From the NCBI GenBank assembly GCA_963727485.1, contig CAVSGM010000001.1:352001-416000 (forward strand): a stretch of DNA of 64,000 nt, written 5' to 3'. The position numbers were made by a program, and so were the translations under genes. The notes under the pieces were generated by a model. That model had not been told where the DNA came from. It searched no databases and saw nothing but the letters and a program-made list of their open reading frames with translations. Below are positions 41,528 to 50,567 of this stretch, piece by piece (the first letter of the stretch is position 1; each line of letters starts with the position of its first letter). Origin of the DNA: an uncultured delta proteobacterium (GTDB lineage Bacteria > Myxococcota > Myxococcia > SLRQ01).

Positions 41528-42770
41528 CTAGTGCTGGTGCATGGCCTGGACGGGCCCCAGCCGCGCGGCCTTCCAGGTGGGGTAGAGGGCGCTGACCACG
41601 GTGACCGCGCAGGCCAGGCCCGAGAACAGGGCGACCTTGGCGCCCGAGAGATCGCCGTGGACCAGCCCCGAGATGCTGACCCCGGCGGCGGTGGTCCCCG
41701 CCTGGCCCATGGCCTTGGCGAAGTCGACGCCGTAGTGCACCAGGGGCCAGGAGAGCAGCGACCCGAGGCCGGCGCCGAGGGCGGCGGCGATGAGGCCGAT
41801 GAGCAGGCTCTCGGTGAGGACCATCGCCGCCAGGCGACCGGGGCTCATGCCCAGGGCGAGGATCACCCCGAACTCGTGGCGGCGCTCCAGGACCGACATC
41901 AGGATGGTGTTGAGGATCCCCAGCGCCACGATGAGGGCGATGACCAGGACGATGACGTAGAGGGAGCCGTTGTCGAGGACCACGAACTCATGGAGCTGGG
42001 GCAGCGCCTTCTGCCAGGGGAGGATCTCCAGGGGCGCGCCGGCCAGCGCCGCGGCGATCTTCCGGGTGGCGGCGTGGGTCTCGTCGGGGTTCTTCAGGTG
42101 CACCGAGATCTGGTTGACCCCGGCGCCGAGCCCCAGGGCCTGCTGCGCGGCCTCGAGGGGCACCTGGGCGTAGAAGGCGTCCATCTCGTCGGAGCCGGTG
42201 AGGAAGATGCCCCGCACCCGGAACAGGCGGCTCTCAATCTGGCCCTTGCGCTGGGCCATGAGCACCACCTTGTCGCCGAGGCCCACCTGGAGGGTCTCGG
42301 CGAGGGTCTTGCCGATGACGATGCCCCGGTCGTCGCCCGGGCTCGAGGTAGGTGCCCTTGACGATCTTGGTGTGGAAGTCGTTGACCTCCGACTCCAGCC
42401 TGGGGTCGACGCCGGTGATCTGGACGCCCACCGAGTTGGCCGGGGAGGTGAGCAGGCCCTGGAGGAAGATCCGCGGCACCACCACCGCCCCGGGCACCGC
42501 CCGCGCCACCCGCTGCTCCACCGAGGGGCTCCGGGGGACGATCTTCTCCACCTCGGGCTTCTTCTCGTAGCCCTTCGCCTCCACCACCACGTGGCCGGCC
42601 AGCAGGCTGACGCCCTGGTGGATCATCGCCTCGTGGAAGCCGTCGCCGAGCGCGCTGGAGAAGACCAGCAGGGCGAGCGAGAAGGAGATGGCGGAGACGG
42701 TGATCAGGGTGCGGCGCAGGTTCCGGCCCAGGTTCCGCCAGGCGAGCTTGAGGATCTTCAGGTAGCCCAT
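41528..42770 (-). CDS. LolC/E (MacB/FtsX) family permease (frameshift ~42340)
   Basis: LAWRNLGRNLRRT; second half ILNTILMSVLERRHEFG..ALGM; length 3n+1. Confidence 0.85.
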
Positions 42771-42771
42771 C

Positions 42772-44001
42772 TCACTCCTCCCTCATCGCCTGCACCGGGT
42801 CGAGGCGGGCGGCCCGCGCCGCCGGCCACAGGGCCGAGAGGATGGCGACCACGAAGAGGAAGACCACGATCCACACGATGCGGCTCGGGAGGATCACCGC
42901 CCGCAGCACCGGGTCGAAGTTGACGCCGGCCCAGGAGAAGCCGTGGGTGAAGGCCGAGAGGTCGAGGCCCCAGTGGACCAGCGCCGCGTCCATGCCCAGC
43001 CCCAGCGCCACCCCCACCGCGCCGGCGATCAGCCCCAGGAGGGCGGCCTCGAAGATCACCATCCACACGATGCGCCAGGGCGTGAGCCCCAGCGCCTTGA
43101 GGACCCCCAGCTCCTTGGTGCGCTCGAAGACCGACATCAGCATGGTGTTGAGCACCCCGAAGGCGGCGACCGCGAAGACGATGAAGAGCAGCACCCAGGC
43201 GGTGGCGTTCTGTACCTGCACCATCTGGGCGGCGGTGGGATCGATCTGGCTCCAGGTGCGCACCAGGAGGTGGTCGCCGGCGAGCGCCCGCTTCACCCGC
43301 GCCGCCAGGGCCGGCACCGCCCGGCGGTCGGTCGCCAGCATCGCCACCTCGTGGATCCTCCCGGGGAGGACCAGCAGCGACTGGAGGTCGGGGAGGGTCA
43401 TGAAGGCGGTGCCCCGGTCGAGCATCGCCGAGCCGGTCCTGTAGATGCCCACCACGTGGTAGAGGTCGTTGCCCAGGGAGCCGTCGGCCGCCTGGGTCAC
43501 GGCCACCACCTCGCTGCCCACCTTCACCTTGAGGTTGTCGGCGAGGTCGGCGCCGAGGAGGATGTCGTGGCTCTCGCCCTCGCGCAGGTAGCGGCCCTTG
43601 ACCATGTGGGTGTGGACCAGGGTGACCTTCGCCTCGCGCTCGGGGTCGATGCCCGCGAGGCGCACCCCGGTGGAGGTCTGCTTCCCGCCGACCAGCGCGA
43701 AGCCGTAGACCCGGGGGGCGACGCCGGCGGTGCCCTTCACCGAGGCGAGCTCGGCCATCACCCGCTTCTGGTCCATGGTGGCGTGGAGCGAGTGCTGCTT
43801 CGGCCAGGCGGGATCGTGGACCTGCACGTGGCCCATCTGGGTCTGGACCAGGGTCACGAACATCTTGGCGAACATCCCGTCGAAGAGCGCCACCATGGCC
43901 ATGCTCATGGCCACGCCCACGGCCATGGCGCCGGCGGTGATGAGGGAGCGGCGACCTTGGCGGCCGATGTTGCGCCAGGCGATGCGGAGGAGGGCGAGCA
44001 T
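42772..44001 (-). CDS. LolC/E (MacB/FtsX) family permease
   Basis: IAWRNIGRQGRRS, VLNTMLMSVFERTKELG, WPAARAARLDPV. Confidence 0.92.
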   Translation of the reverse strand: MLALLRIAWRNIGRQGRRSLITAGAMAVGVAMSMAMVALFDGMFAKMFVTLVQTQMGHVQVHDPAWPKQHSLHATMDQKRVMAELASVKGTAGVAPRVYGFALVGGKQTSTGVRLAGIDPEREAKVTLVHTHMVKGRYLREGESHDILLGADLADNLKVKVGSEVVAVTQAADGSLGNDLYHVVGIYRTGSAMLDRGTAFMTLPDLQSLLVLPGRIHEVAMLATDRRAVPALAARVKRALAGDHLLVRTWSQIDPTAAQMVQVQNATAWVLLFIVFAVAAFGVLNTMLMSVFERTKELGVLKALGLTPWRIVWMVIFEAALLGLIAGAVGVALGLGMDAALVHWGLDLSAFTHGFSWAGVNFDPVLRAVILPSRIVWIVVFLFVVAILSALWPAARAARLDPVQAMREE

Positions 44002-44005
44002 GGCG

Positions 44006-44782
44006 TCAGCGCCGGAGGGCCTGGAGCGAGAAGGTCCGGGGCGGGAGGTCGGCGCCGATGCGGAGGGTGTCGTAGTGGAGGGTGGTGTACTCGCCCGGGT
44101 GCTCCTCGGGCACCAGCTTCATGGTGGTCGGGAGCTGGCGGCCGTCGATGTCCTTGACGTCCGAGTAGGTCATGGTGCGCACCAGCTTCCCCTTCTCGTC
44201 GTAGTAGCGGACGACCTTGGGCAGGGCGGTCTTGCCGTCGATGGAGACCACCACCTTCCCCCAGACCACCGGGGCGTTGGGCTTGGGGATCATGGTGATG
44301 ACGTAGTCGCCCTTCCCCTTGGCCCCCGGCTTCGCGGTCATGGTCGCGTCGTAGTCGTCGGAGAAGCGGCTCTCCTGCACCAGGTCGTCGTTGGTGAAGT
44401 GGCTGCCCATCCACGAGCTCGACATCATCGCCGCCGGCACCTTGATGGTGCGGTCGATCTTGGGGAGGTAGTTCCAGAGGTTGTCGCCCACCCGCAGGGT
44501 GGTGACGCCCTTCTCCTTGGCGGGCTCGAGGATGCGGATGAGGGCCTTGTCCTTCCCCTGGCTCATGACCCGGATCTTCAGGTGGCGCTCGAAGCTCGAG
44601 GTCTTCACGTGCATCTCCACGGTGGCCTCGGAGCTCTTGCCCCGGAACAGGTCGTCGACCCGGTCGAGGAGGCGCTTGACCTCCGGGTCCATGGCCCGGG
44701 CGGGGCGGGGCACGGCGGCGATGAGGAGGCCCGCGGCGGCGGCGAGGACGGCGAGAGAGGAAACAGAAGGACGGCGCATCAT
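44006..44782 (-). CDS. LolA-like outer-membrane lipoprotein-sorting protein
   Basis: Signal peptide; PAKEKG...L, WNYLPKIDRTIK, SWMGSHFTNDDL. Confidence 0.85.
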   Translation of the reverse strand: MMRRPSVSSLAVLAAAAGLLIAAVPRPARAMDPEVKRLLDRVDDLFRGKSSEATVEMHVKTSSFERHLKIRVMSQGKDKALIRILEPAKEKGVTTLRVGDNLWNYLPKIDRTIKVPAAMMSSSWMGSHFTNDDLVQESRFSDDYDATMTAKPGAKGKGDYVITMIPKPNAPVVWGKVVVSIDGKTALPKVVRYYDEKGKLVRTMTYSDVKDIDGRQLPTTMKLVPEEHPGEYTTLHYDTLRIGADLPPRTFSLQALRR

Positions 44783-45438
44783 GGCTTCTCCTTCGACTTC
44801 GACTTCTTGGGCTTCGACCTGGACTTCGTCGGGGGACGGGGCGCCTCGAGCCCTTCGACGAGCTGCTCGAAGGCCGGGCGCAGGGTGTCGGCGGGATCGC
44901 CGGTGCTCGGGTCCATGACCCACATCAGCACCAGGCCCTCCATCAGGGCCACGATGGACACCGCGGTGACCTCGGGGTCCACCTCGCGGAGCTCGCCGCG
45001 GTCGATGCCTTCCCGAAGCAGGGTGGCCAGGCCCGCGCGGTACTCGGCGTAGTAGCGCTGGAGGTAGCCGCGCACCGCCTTGCTGCGCATGGCGATGGCG
45101 TAGAACTCGTAGGTGATGGGGATGACCGCGCGGGTGCGCTCCACGTCGGCGATGGCGGCCTCGGCGAGGCGGCGCAGGCGGTCGGGGACCGGACCGTCGT
45201 GGTGGAGGACCTCGTCGAAGGCGCCGACGCTGCCGCCGAAGAGCCGCTCGAGCAGCGCGACGATGATCGCGTCCTTGCTATCGAAGTACCAGTAGAGCGC
45301 GCCCTTGGAGAGGCCCGAGGCCTTCACGATGTCGTCCATCCGCGCCTTCTGGAAGCCGAGGCGGGAGAAGACCTTCAGCGCCGCGTCGACGATCTGGCTC
45401 TTGCGGGCTTCGCTGACGTCGGGGCGGGGGGGGCTCAC
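44779..45438 (-). CDS. TetR/AcrR family regulator
   Basis: IVDAALKVF..GF...MDDI....GLSKGALYWYFDSK; GGAGGA 6 nt before GTG. Confidence 0.93.
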   Translation of the reverse strand: MSPPRPDVSEARKSQIVDAALKVFSRLGFQKARMDDIVKASGLSKGALYWYFDSKDAIIVALLERLFGGSVGAFDEVLHHDGPVPDRLRRLAEAAIADVERTRAVIPITYEFYAIAMRSKAVRGYLQRYYAEYRAGLATLLREGIDRGELREVDPEVTAVSIVALMEGLVLMWVMDPSTGDPADTLRPAFEQLVEGLEAPRPPTKSRSKPKKSKSKEKP

Positions 45439-45468
45439 GGACAATCCTCCAGGCCGGCGGAAAGATAA

Positions 45469-45488
45469 CAGACCGACCGGTCGGTTTG
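45469..45488. promoter_or_regulatory. Candidate TetR operator
   Basis: Perfect 14-bp palindrome ACCGACCGGTCGGT (45472-45485) beside a TGnTATCTT -10-like element. Confidence 0.7.
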
Positions 45489-45536
45489 GAGACTACGTCG
45501 CCGGTTCCGCCGGCGCAACCCCCATCGGCGGGAACC

Positions 45537-46304
45537 CTAGAACCCGTAGACGGTCATGCCACCGTCCACGTAGAGCACCTGGCCGGTGACGTAGCTGGCG
45601 GCGTCGGAGGCGAGGAAGGCCACCGGGCCCACCAGCTCCTCCACGAGGCCCACCCGGCCCATGGGCGTCCGGTCCACCACCCGGGCGAGGTAGGCGGGGT
45701 CGCCGAGGACGCCCTCGGTGAGCGGGGTGCGGAAGTACCAGGGCCCCACGGCGTTCACCGTGACCCCCTTCGGCGCCCACTCCAGCGCCAGGATCCGGGT
45801 CATGTGGATGAGCCCCGCCTTGCTCGACCCGTAGGCGACCCCGGTGTGCAGCGCCACCCCGCCGCCCACCGAGGCGACGTTGACGATGCGCCCGCGCCCG
45901 GCCTCGCACATCACCCGGCCCGCGGCCTGGGCCATGAAGAACGGACCCCGGAGGTTGGTGCGCACCACCAGGTCGAAGTCGTCCTCGCCCACCTCGAGGG
46001 CGGGGACCCGCACGTTGGTCCCGGCGTTGTTCACCAGGACATCGAGGTGGCCGAGCTCGGCGACGGTGCGGGCGACCGCCGCCTCCACCGCCGCCCGGTC
46101 GGTGACGTCGGCGGGGATGGCCAGGGCCCGGCGGCCCAGGGCCCGGACGGCGTCGGCGGCGGCCTCGATCTCCGAGGCGGTGCGGGCGAGGCAGACCACG
46201 TCGGCCCCGAGGCCCGCCAGCCCCTCGGCGAGCGCCCGGCCGATGCCCCGGCCGGCGCCGGTGACCAGGGCCACCCGTCCCGTGAGGTCGAAGGGGACCG
46301 CCAT
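45537..46304 (-). CDS. Short-chain dehydrogenase/reductase
   Basis: TGAGRGIG, NNAG, YGSSK, VDGG. Confidence 0.93.
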   Translation of the reverse strand: MAVPFDLTGRVALVTGAGRGIGRALAEGLAGLGADVVCLARTASEIEAAADAVRALGRRALAIPADVTDRAAVEAAVARTVAELGHLDVLVNNAGTNVRVPALEVGEDDFDLVVRTNLRGPFFMAQAAGRVMCEAGRGRIVNVASVGGGVALHTGVAYGSSKAGLIHMTRILALEWAPKGVTVNAVGPWYFRTPLTEGVLGDPAYLARVVDRTPMGRVGLVEELVGPVAFLASDAASYVTGQVLYVDGGMTVYGF

Positions 46305-46311
46305 GGCCACC

Positions 46312-48156
46312 CTAGAAGGCCACCACCAGCTTGCGCCCGGCCTTGAGGCTCCTGGGATCGGTGATCCCGTTCCACTGGCGCAGCTGCTTGACGGTGCACC
46401 CGAAGCGCTGGGCCACCGACCACAGGGTCTCGCCCGGGGCCAGGACGTGGATCCGCTTCCCGCCGTGGCCGGCGGGCGCCTGGCCCTTGGCCGCCACCGC
46501 CCGGGTCGCCGCCGCCGGGCCGGGGAGCCGGAGCTTCTGGCCGATGTGGAGCAGCACGTGGTCCCGGTCGCGGAGATCGTTGACCCGGCACAGGGCGGTG
46601 GTGGTCACCCCGAAGCGCTGGGCGATGGACCAGAGGGTGTCCCCGGCGGTGACGGTGTAGACGCCCCCGTGGGCGCGGCCGGCGCTGTGGGCCTCGGGCT
46701 TGGGCGCCCGGCGGGCGAGGTGGGCCCGGTCGGCGAGGCGCCGGCCCCGGCGGCCGTAGGGCAGGGGGACGATGAGGTCCATCCCCAGGCGCAGGGCCCG
46801 GGCGTTGCGGATCCCGTTGATGGCCATCAGATCGCGGGGGCGGCAGTCGTAGGCCCGGGCGAGGCCCCAGAGGGTGTCGCCGGCGCGCACCCGGTGCCGG
46901 GCGTAGACCCGCTGCCGGGTGGGCTTGAGGTGGCTCTTGTGCTTCTCGAAGGTGGGCTTGCTCCCGGCGGGGATGCGCAGGCTGTAGGCCTTCTCCCCGC
47001 GCGCCGGGGGCGGCGTCACCCACCGGCGCAGCTCGGGGTTCAAGGTCTTGACCGCGTCGAAGGAGACCCCGGCGGCCCGGGCGATGTCCCGCAGGGCGGT
47101 GGGCGCCTTGATCTTCACCGTGTCGTACTTGAACGGCTTGACCGGCGCGGCCCCCGGCGGGTCGAAGCCAAAGGCCTTGGGGAAGCGGGTGATGAGGGCG
47201 GCGGCGAGGATCTTGGGGACGTAGCGGCAGGTCTCGTCCGGGAGCAGCCCCCGGCGGCACAGGGTCCAGTAGTCGTGGATCCCGCTGGAGTCCATGGCCC
47301 GCTGCACCCGCCCGGGCCCGGCGTTGTAGCCGGCGAAGGCGAGGTACCAGTCGCCGAACTGCTGGTGGAGCCAGGCGAGGTAGCGGGCGGCGGCCTCGGT
47401 GGCCTTCACCGGGTCCCGGCGCTCGTCGACCCAGGGGTCCATGCGCAGGTCGTAGAGGTGGGCGGTGGAGCGGATGAACTGCCAGGGGCCCACCGCCCGC
47501 GCCGCCGAGTAGGCAAACGGCGCGAACCCCGACTCGACCATGGACACGAACACCAGGTCGTGGGGCAGCCCGTCGTCCTTGAGGAGGGTGCCGAGGAGGG
47601 GGATGTAGCGACCGGCGCGATCGAGCCACTTCTGGAAGTGGGGATGCCCCGGGCCGACGGCGAAGTAGTCGACGAGCTCCCGGACCTCGTCGTTGACCAC
47701 CATGGGGATGTCGAAGAGGTGGCGGGCGACCCGGAGATCGATGGCGTCGAGGCCGGTGACCCCGGGGGCCCCGACCAGGGCCGCGGGACCCGGGCAGTTG
47801 CGGCAGAACAGGTCGTCGCCGAGGAGCGGGTCGAGGGCGCCGCCCACGTTGAGGCGCAGGGGGGAGACCGCGCCGAGGCCGCGCATGTCGTCGAGGGCGC
47901 TCCCGGCGACCTCGGCGGGGCTGGGCAGGAGGCCCGCCTTCTGCTCGGCGGCACGCTCGGCGGCGAGGTCCTGGCTCTCCTTCTCGACCTCCGGGGCCTC
48001 GGCGGGGGTGAGGTCGTCGGCGGCGGGGGTGGGCCCGGCGTCGGCGGCCTTGGCCGTGGCGGACGGGGCGGCCGGGGCCGGCGCACCGGTGGCGTGGGCC
48101 GCCGGGGCGACGGCGGTCGACAGGGCCAGCGCCGCGAGGGCTGCGATACGCCTCAT
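46312..48156 (-). CDS. mltD: MltD-like lytic transglycosylase with three LysM domains
   Basis: MVESGF, AVGPWQFI, AGYNAG, ETCRYVPK; three GDTLW/GETLW LysM motifs. Confidence 0.9.
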   Translation of the reverse strand: MRRIAALAALALSTAVAPAAHATGAPAPAAPSATAKAADAGPTPAADDLTPAEAPEVEKESQDLAAERAAEQKAGLLPSPAEVAGSALDDMRGLGAVSPLRLNVGGALDPLLGDDLFCRNCPGPAALVGAPGVTGLDAIDLRVARHLFDIPMVVNDEVRELVDYFAVGPGHPHFQKWLDRAGRYIPLLGTLLKDDGLPHDLVFVSMVESGFAPFAYSAARAVGPWQFIRSTAHLYDLRMDPWVDERRDPVKATEAAARYLAWLHQQFGDWYLAFAGYNAGPGRVQRAMDSSGIHDYWTLCRRGLLPDETCRYVPKILAAALITRFPKAFGFDPPGAAPVKPFKYDTVKIKAPTALRDIARAAGVSFDAVKTLNPELRRWVTPPPARGEKAYSLRIPAGSKPTFEKHKSHLKPTRQRVYARHRVRAGDTLWGLARAYDCRPRDLMAINGIRNARALRLGMDLIVPLPYGRRGRRLADRAHLARRAPKPEAHSAGRAHGGVYTVTAGDTLWSIAQRFGVTTTALCRVNDLRDRDHVLLHIGQKLRLPGPAAATRAVAAKGQAPAGHGGKRIHVLAPGETLWSVAQRFGCTVKQLRQWNGITDPRSLKAGRKLVVAF

Positions 48157-48173
48157 CCCGCACTCCTGACAGG

Positions 48174-49811
48174 CTACTGCTTCGACTTCGACGGGACCCC
48201 GACGGCGGTGCCGTGCCCGGGGCCGATGATCTGCTTCAGGTAGGCATCGTAGTCGAAGTTGGGGCTGTGCTCACCTCGGTGGCAGGTCACGCACACCGCC
48301 GCGGGCACCTTCAGACGGATGGTGGCCTTCTTCTGCGCCACCGTCTGTGCCGCCAGGTGCCGCGACGCCGGGCCGTGGCAGCTCTCGCACTGCACGTCCT
48401 TCATCGGGGACAGGTGGGGCGCCACGGTCTTGGTGATCTTCGTGAGGTCGCACACGCCGCCGGGCTCCTGCCACCCGGTGACGTGGCAGCCGACGCACTC
48501 CAGGTCGTACTGCTTGTGGTCGTCGACCAGGGTCTTCCAGGCGTCGGCGTGGCGCATGTGCTTCCAGAACACGTACTCGCTGCGGTGGCACCCGGCGCAG
48601 GCCTCGGCGCCCACGTAGTGGGCCTTCCCCTTGGCCGGGGCCGGGCAGGTCTGGGGGTGGGCCTTGGCCCAGGCGAGGTTGAGGTCCCCGAGGTGCTGGT
48701 CGTAGGCGTCGATCTCGGCCTTGGCCCACTTGGCCTGGGGCAGGTTCCCGGACACCGGCTCGAAGCGCCAGGTGAACGCCACCTTGCCCGCAGGCCAGGG
48801 GGTCTTGGCGGCCACCAGCGCCGCCTTGCGTCCCTGGAGCTCGTGGACCTTTCCGGTGAGGACCCCGGCGAGGTCCTGGTTCCCGCCCTTCGTGGCCTCG
48901 GTGATCTGGCGCTTCATCCGGGCGATCCGGTCCTCGAGGAGCTTCACGTCGTGGGACCTCGCCGCGGCCCCCTGGACCAGGGTGACCGCGGACGGGGCCC
49001 CCGGCGGCACCCGGAGCTCGAGGATCCCGAGGCTCCGCCCCTGGCTCATGGGCCGGAACACCGGCACCCCGCCGCCGACCACCGCCCGGTCGGTGTCCCC
49101 CTGGCTGGGGTCGTCGAGGTGCCCGGCGATCACCGCGTCCACGGTGCCGGTGAGGTGGGTCGCCGCCGCCATGGCGGTCTTGAGGCCCACGTTGGCGAGC
49201 ACCACCACCACCCGCGGGTGGCCCAGGAGGTGGGCGCGCTCGGCCTCGACGGCGTTGGCCACCGCCTCGCCGCTCGCCCCCACGTCGCTCACCGCCACCA
49301 CCCCCACCTGCACCCCGCCGACGTCGAAGGTGTGGCTCCCGGTGACCCCGCCCTCGGCCACCAGGGAGCGGTCGCCGAGGTCCTTGGCCCAGACCCCGGG
49401 CCCCAGGGCCTTGTCGGTGGGCCCGGGGACGGTGTGGACCCCGAGGCGGGTGAGGATCTTCGCCAGGGTGCCCGCCTTGGCCCGGGCCTGGCCGGCCATC
49501 TTCGGGTCGACCTTGGCCCCGTCGGAGAGGGTGTCGCCGGCGTCGAGGTAGAGGACCCCGTCGTGCTGCTGCTTCAGCGCCTCCACCAGACCGGCGGTCC
49601 GGGCGATGCCCCCGAGCTGGCCCTTCACGCAGCCGCAGGGCTCGAGGTAGCCGAGCAGATCGGCGGTGAAGGCGATGGCCACGCGCTTGGGCGCCGCGGC
49701 GGGGGCGGCGGCGTCGCGTTCGGGGCCGGGGCGATCGGGGCAGGAGGCGATGCCGGTGAGGCCGAGGAGCAGGGCCGCGGCGGGGAGCAGGGTCCGGAGT
49801 CGGCGTCGCAT
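48174..49811 (-). CDS. UshA-like domain fused to tetraheme cytochrome c
   Basis: Lipobox IASC; GYLEPCGC..GG, LDAGD; CAGCH, CVGCH, CESCH, CVTCH. Confidence 0.85.
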   Translation of the reverse strand: MRRRLRTLLPAAALLLGLTGIASCPDRPGPERDAAAPAAAPKRVAIAFTADLLGYLEPCGCVKGQLGGIARTAGLVEALKQQHDGVLYLDAGDTLSDGAKVDPKMAGQARAKAGTLAKILTRLGVHTVPGPTDKALGPGVWAKDLGDRSLVAEGGVTGSHTFDVGGVQVGVVAVSDVGASGEAVANAVEAERAHLLGHPRVVVVLANVGLKTAMAAATHLTGTVDAVIAGHLDDPSQGDTDRAVVGGGVPVFRPMSQGRSLGILELRVPPGAPSAVTLVQGAAARSHDVKLLEDRIARMKRQITEATKGGNQDLAGVLTGKVHELQGRKAALVAAKTPWPAGKVAFTWRFEPVSGNLPQAKWAKAEIDAYDQHLGDLNLAWAKAHPQTCPAPAKGKAHYVGAEACAGCHRSEYVFWKHMRHADAWKTLVDDHKQYDLECVGCHVTGWQEPGGVCDLTKITKTVAPHLSPMKDVQCESCHGPASRHLAAQTVAQKKATIRLKVPAAVCVTCHRGEHSPNFDYDAYLKQIIGPGHGTAVGVPSKSKQ

Positions 49812-50518
49812 CAGCGGTGGAGGGGGCAGCCGAAGCTGTGGATGATCGGGTTCACCGGGCGCCGGCCTTCGAGGTGGCTGTTGAGCGCCGGCTCGAGGTC
49901 GGTGGCGTCGGCGCGCCGGGGGTCGGTGGTGGGGCGCAGGGCGTTGCCGATGCTCCCGTGGTAGCGCAGCCGGTGGTCGGCGCCGATGAGGTAGGCGTCG
50001 GGGGTGCCCCGGGCCCCGAGGGCCTTGGCCACCTCGCCCTTGGCGTCGAGGAGCACCGGGAAGGGCAGGTGGGCCTTCCGGTGCCAGGCGGCGACGGCCT
50101 GGGGCGGCTCGTCGGTGTTGGCGTCGATGGCGAGGAAGTGGATCCCGTGCTTGCGGTAGCGCCGGGCGAGCTTGCGAAGGACCCCGTCGTAGGCGGTGGC
50201 GTAGGGGCAGCGGTCGGAGACGAAGACCACCACCGCCCCCTTGCGGCCCAGGGCGCGGTAGAGCGAGTGGGCGTGGCCCGCGGGGTCCTCGAGGGTGAAG
50301 TCCTTCACCACCGCGTCGATCTTCGGCTGGCCCTTGGGCCAGGGCTTGGCCGGCGGGGCCGCGTCGGCCTCGGCGGGCTTGTCGCTCGCCGGTGTCTTGG
50401 CCGCGACCGGGGCGGCGACCTTGGCCGTGGGCGGCGCCTTCGCCGGCGGGGCGGCCTTCCGGGTGCAGCCGAAGGCGAGCAGGGGGATGGCGAGGGTGAG
50501 GGGGGTGAGCCGTCTCAT
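49811..50518 (-). CDS. Redoxin (AhpC/TSA-like) lipoprotein
   Basis: Lipobox AFGC; DFTL, SDRCPYA, FPVLLD, TPDAYL, RYHGSI, FGCP. Confidence 0.85.
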   Translation of the reverse strand: MRRLTPLTLAIPLLAFGCTRKAAPPAKAPPTAKVAAPVAAKTPASDKPAEADAAPPAKPWPKGQPKIDAVVKDFTLEDPAGHAHSLYRALGRKGAVVVFVSDRCPYATAYDGVLRKLARRYRKHGIHFLAIDANTDEPPQAVAAWHRKAHLPFPVLLDAKGEVAKALGARGTPDAYLIGADHRLRYHGSIGNALRPTTDPRRADATDLEPALNSHLEGRRPVNPIIHSFGCPLHR

Positions 50519-50567
50519 GGCGTCCTCCGGTGTAGCGTCATCCCCACCAAACCGGAAGGGCCGGGAT

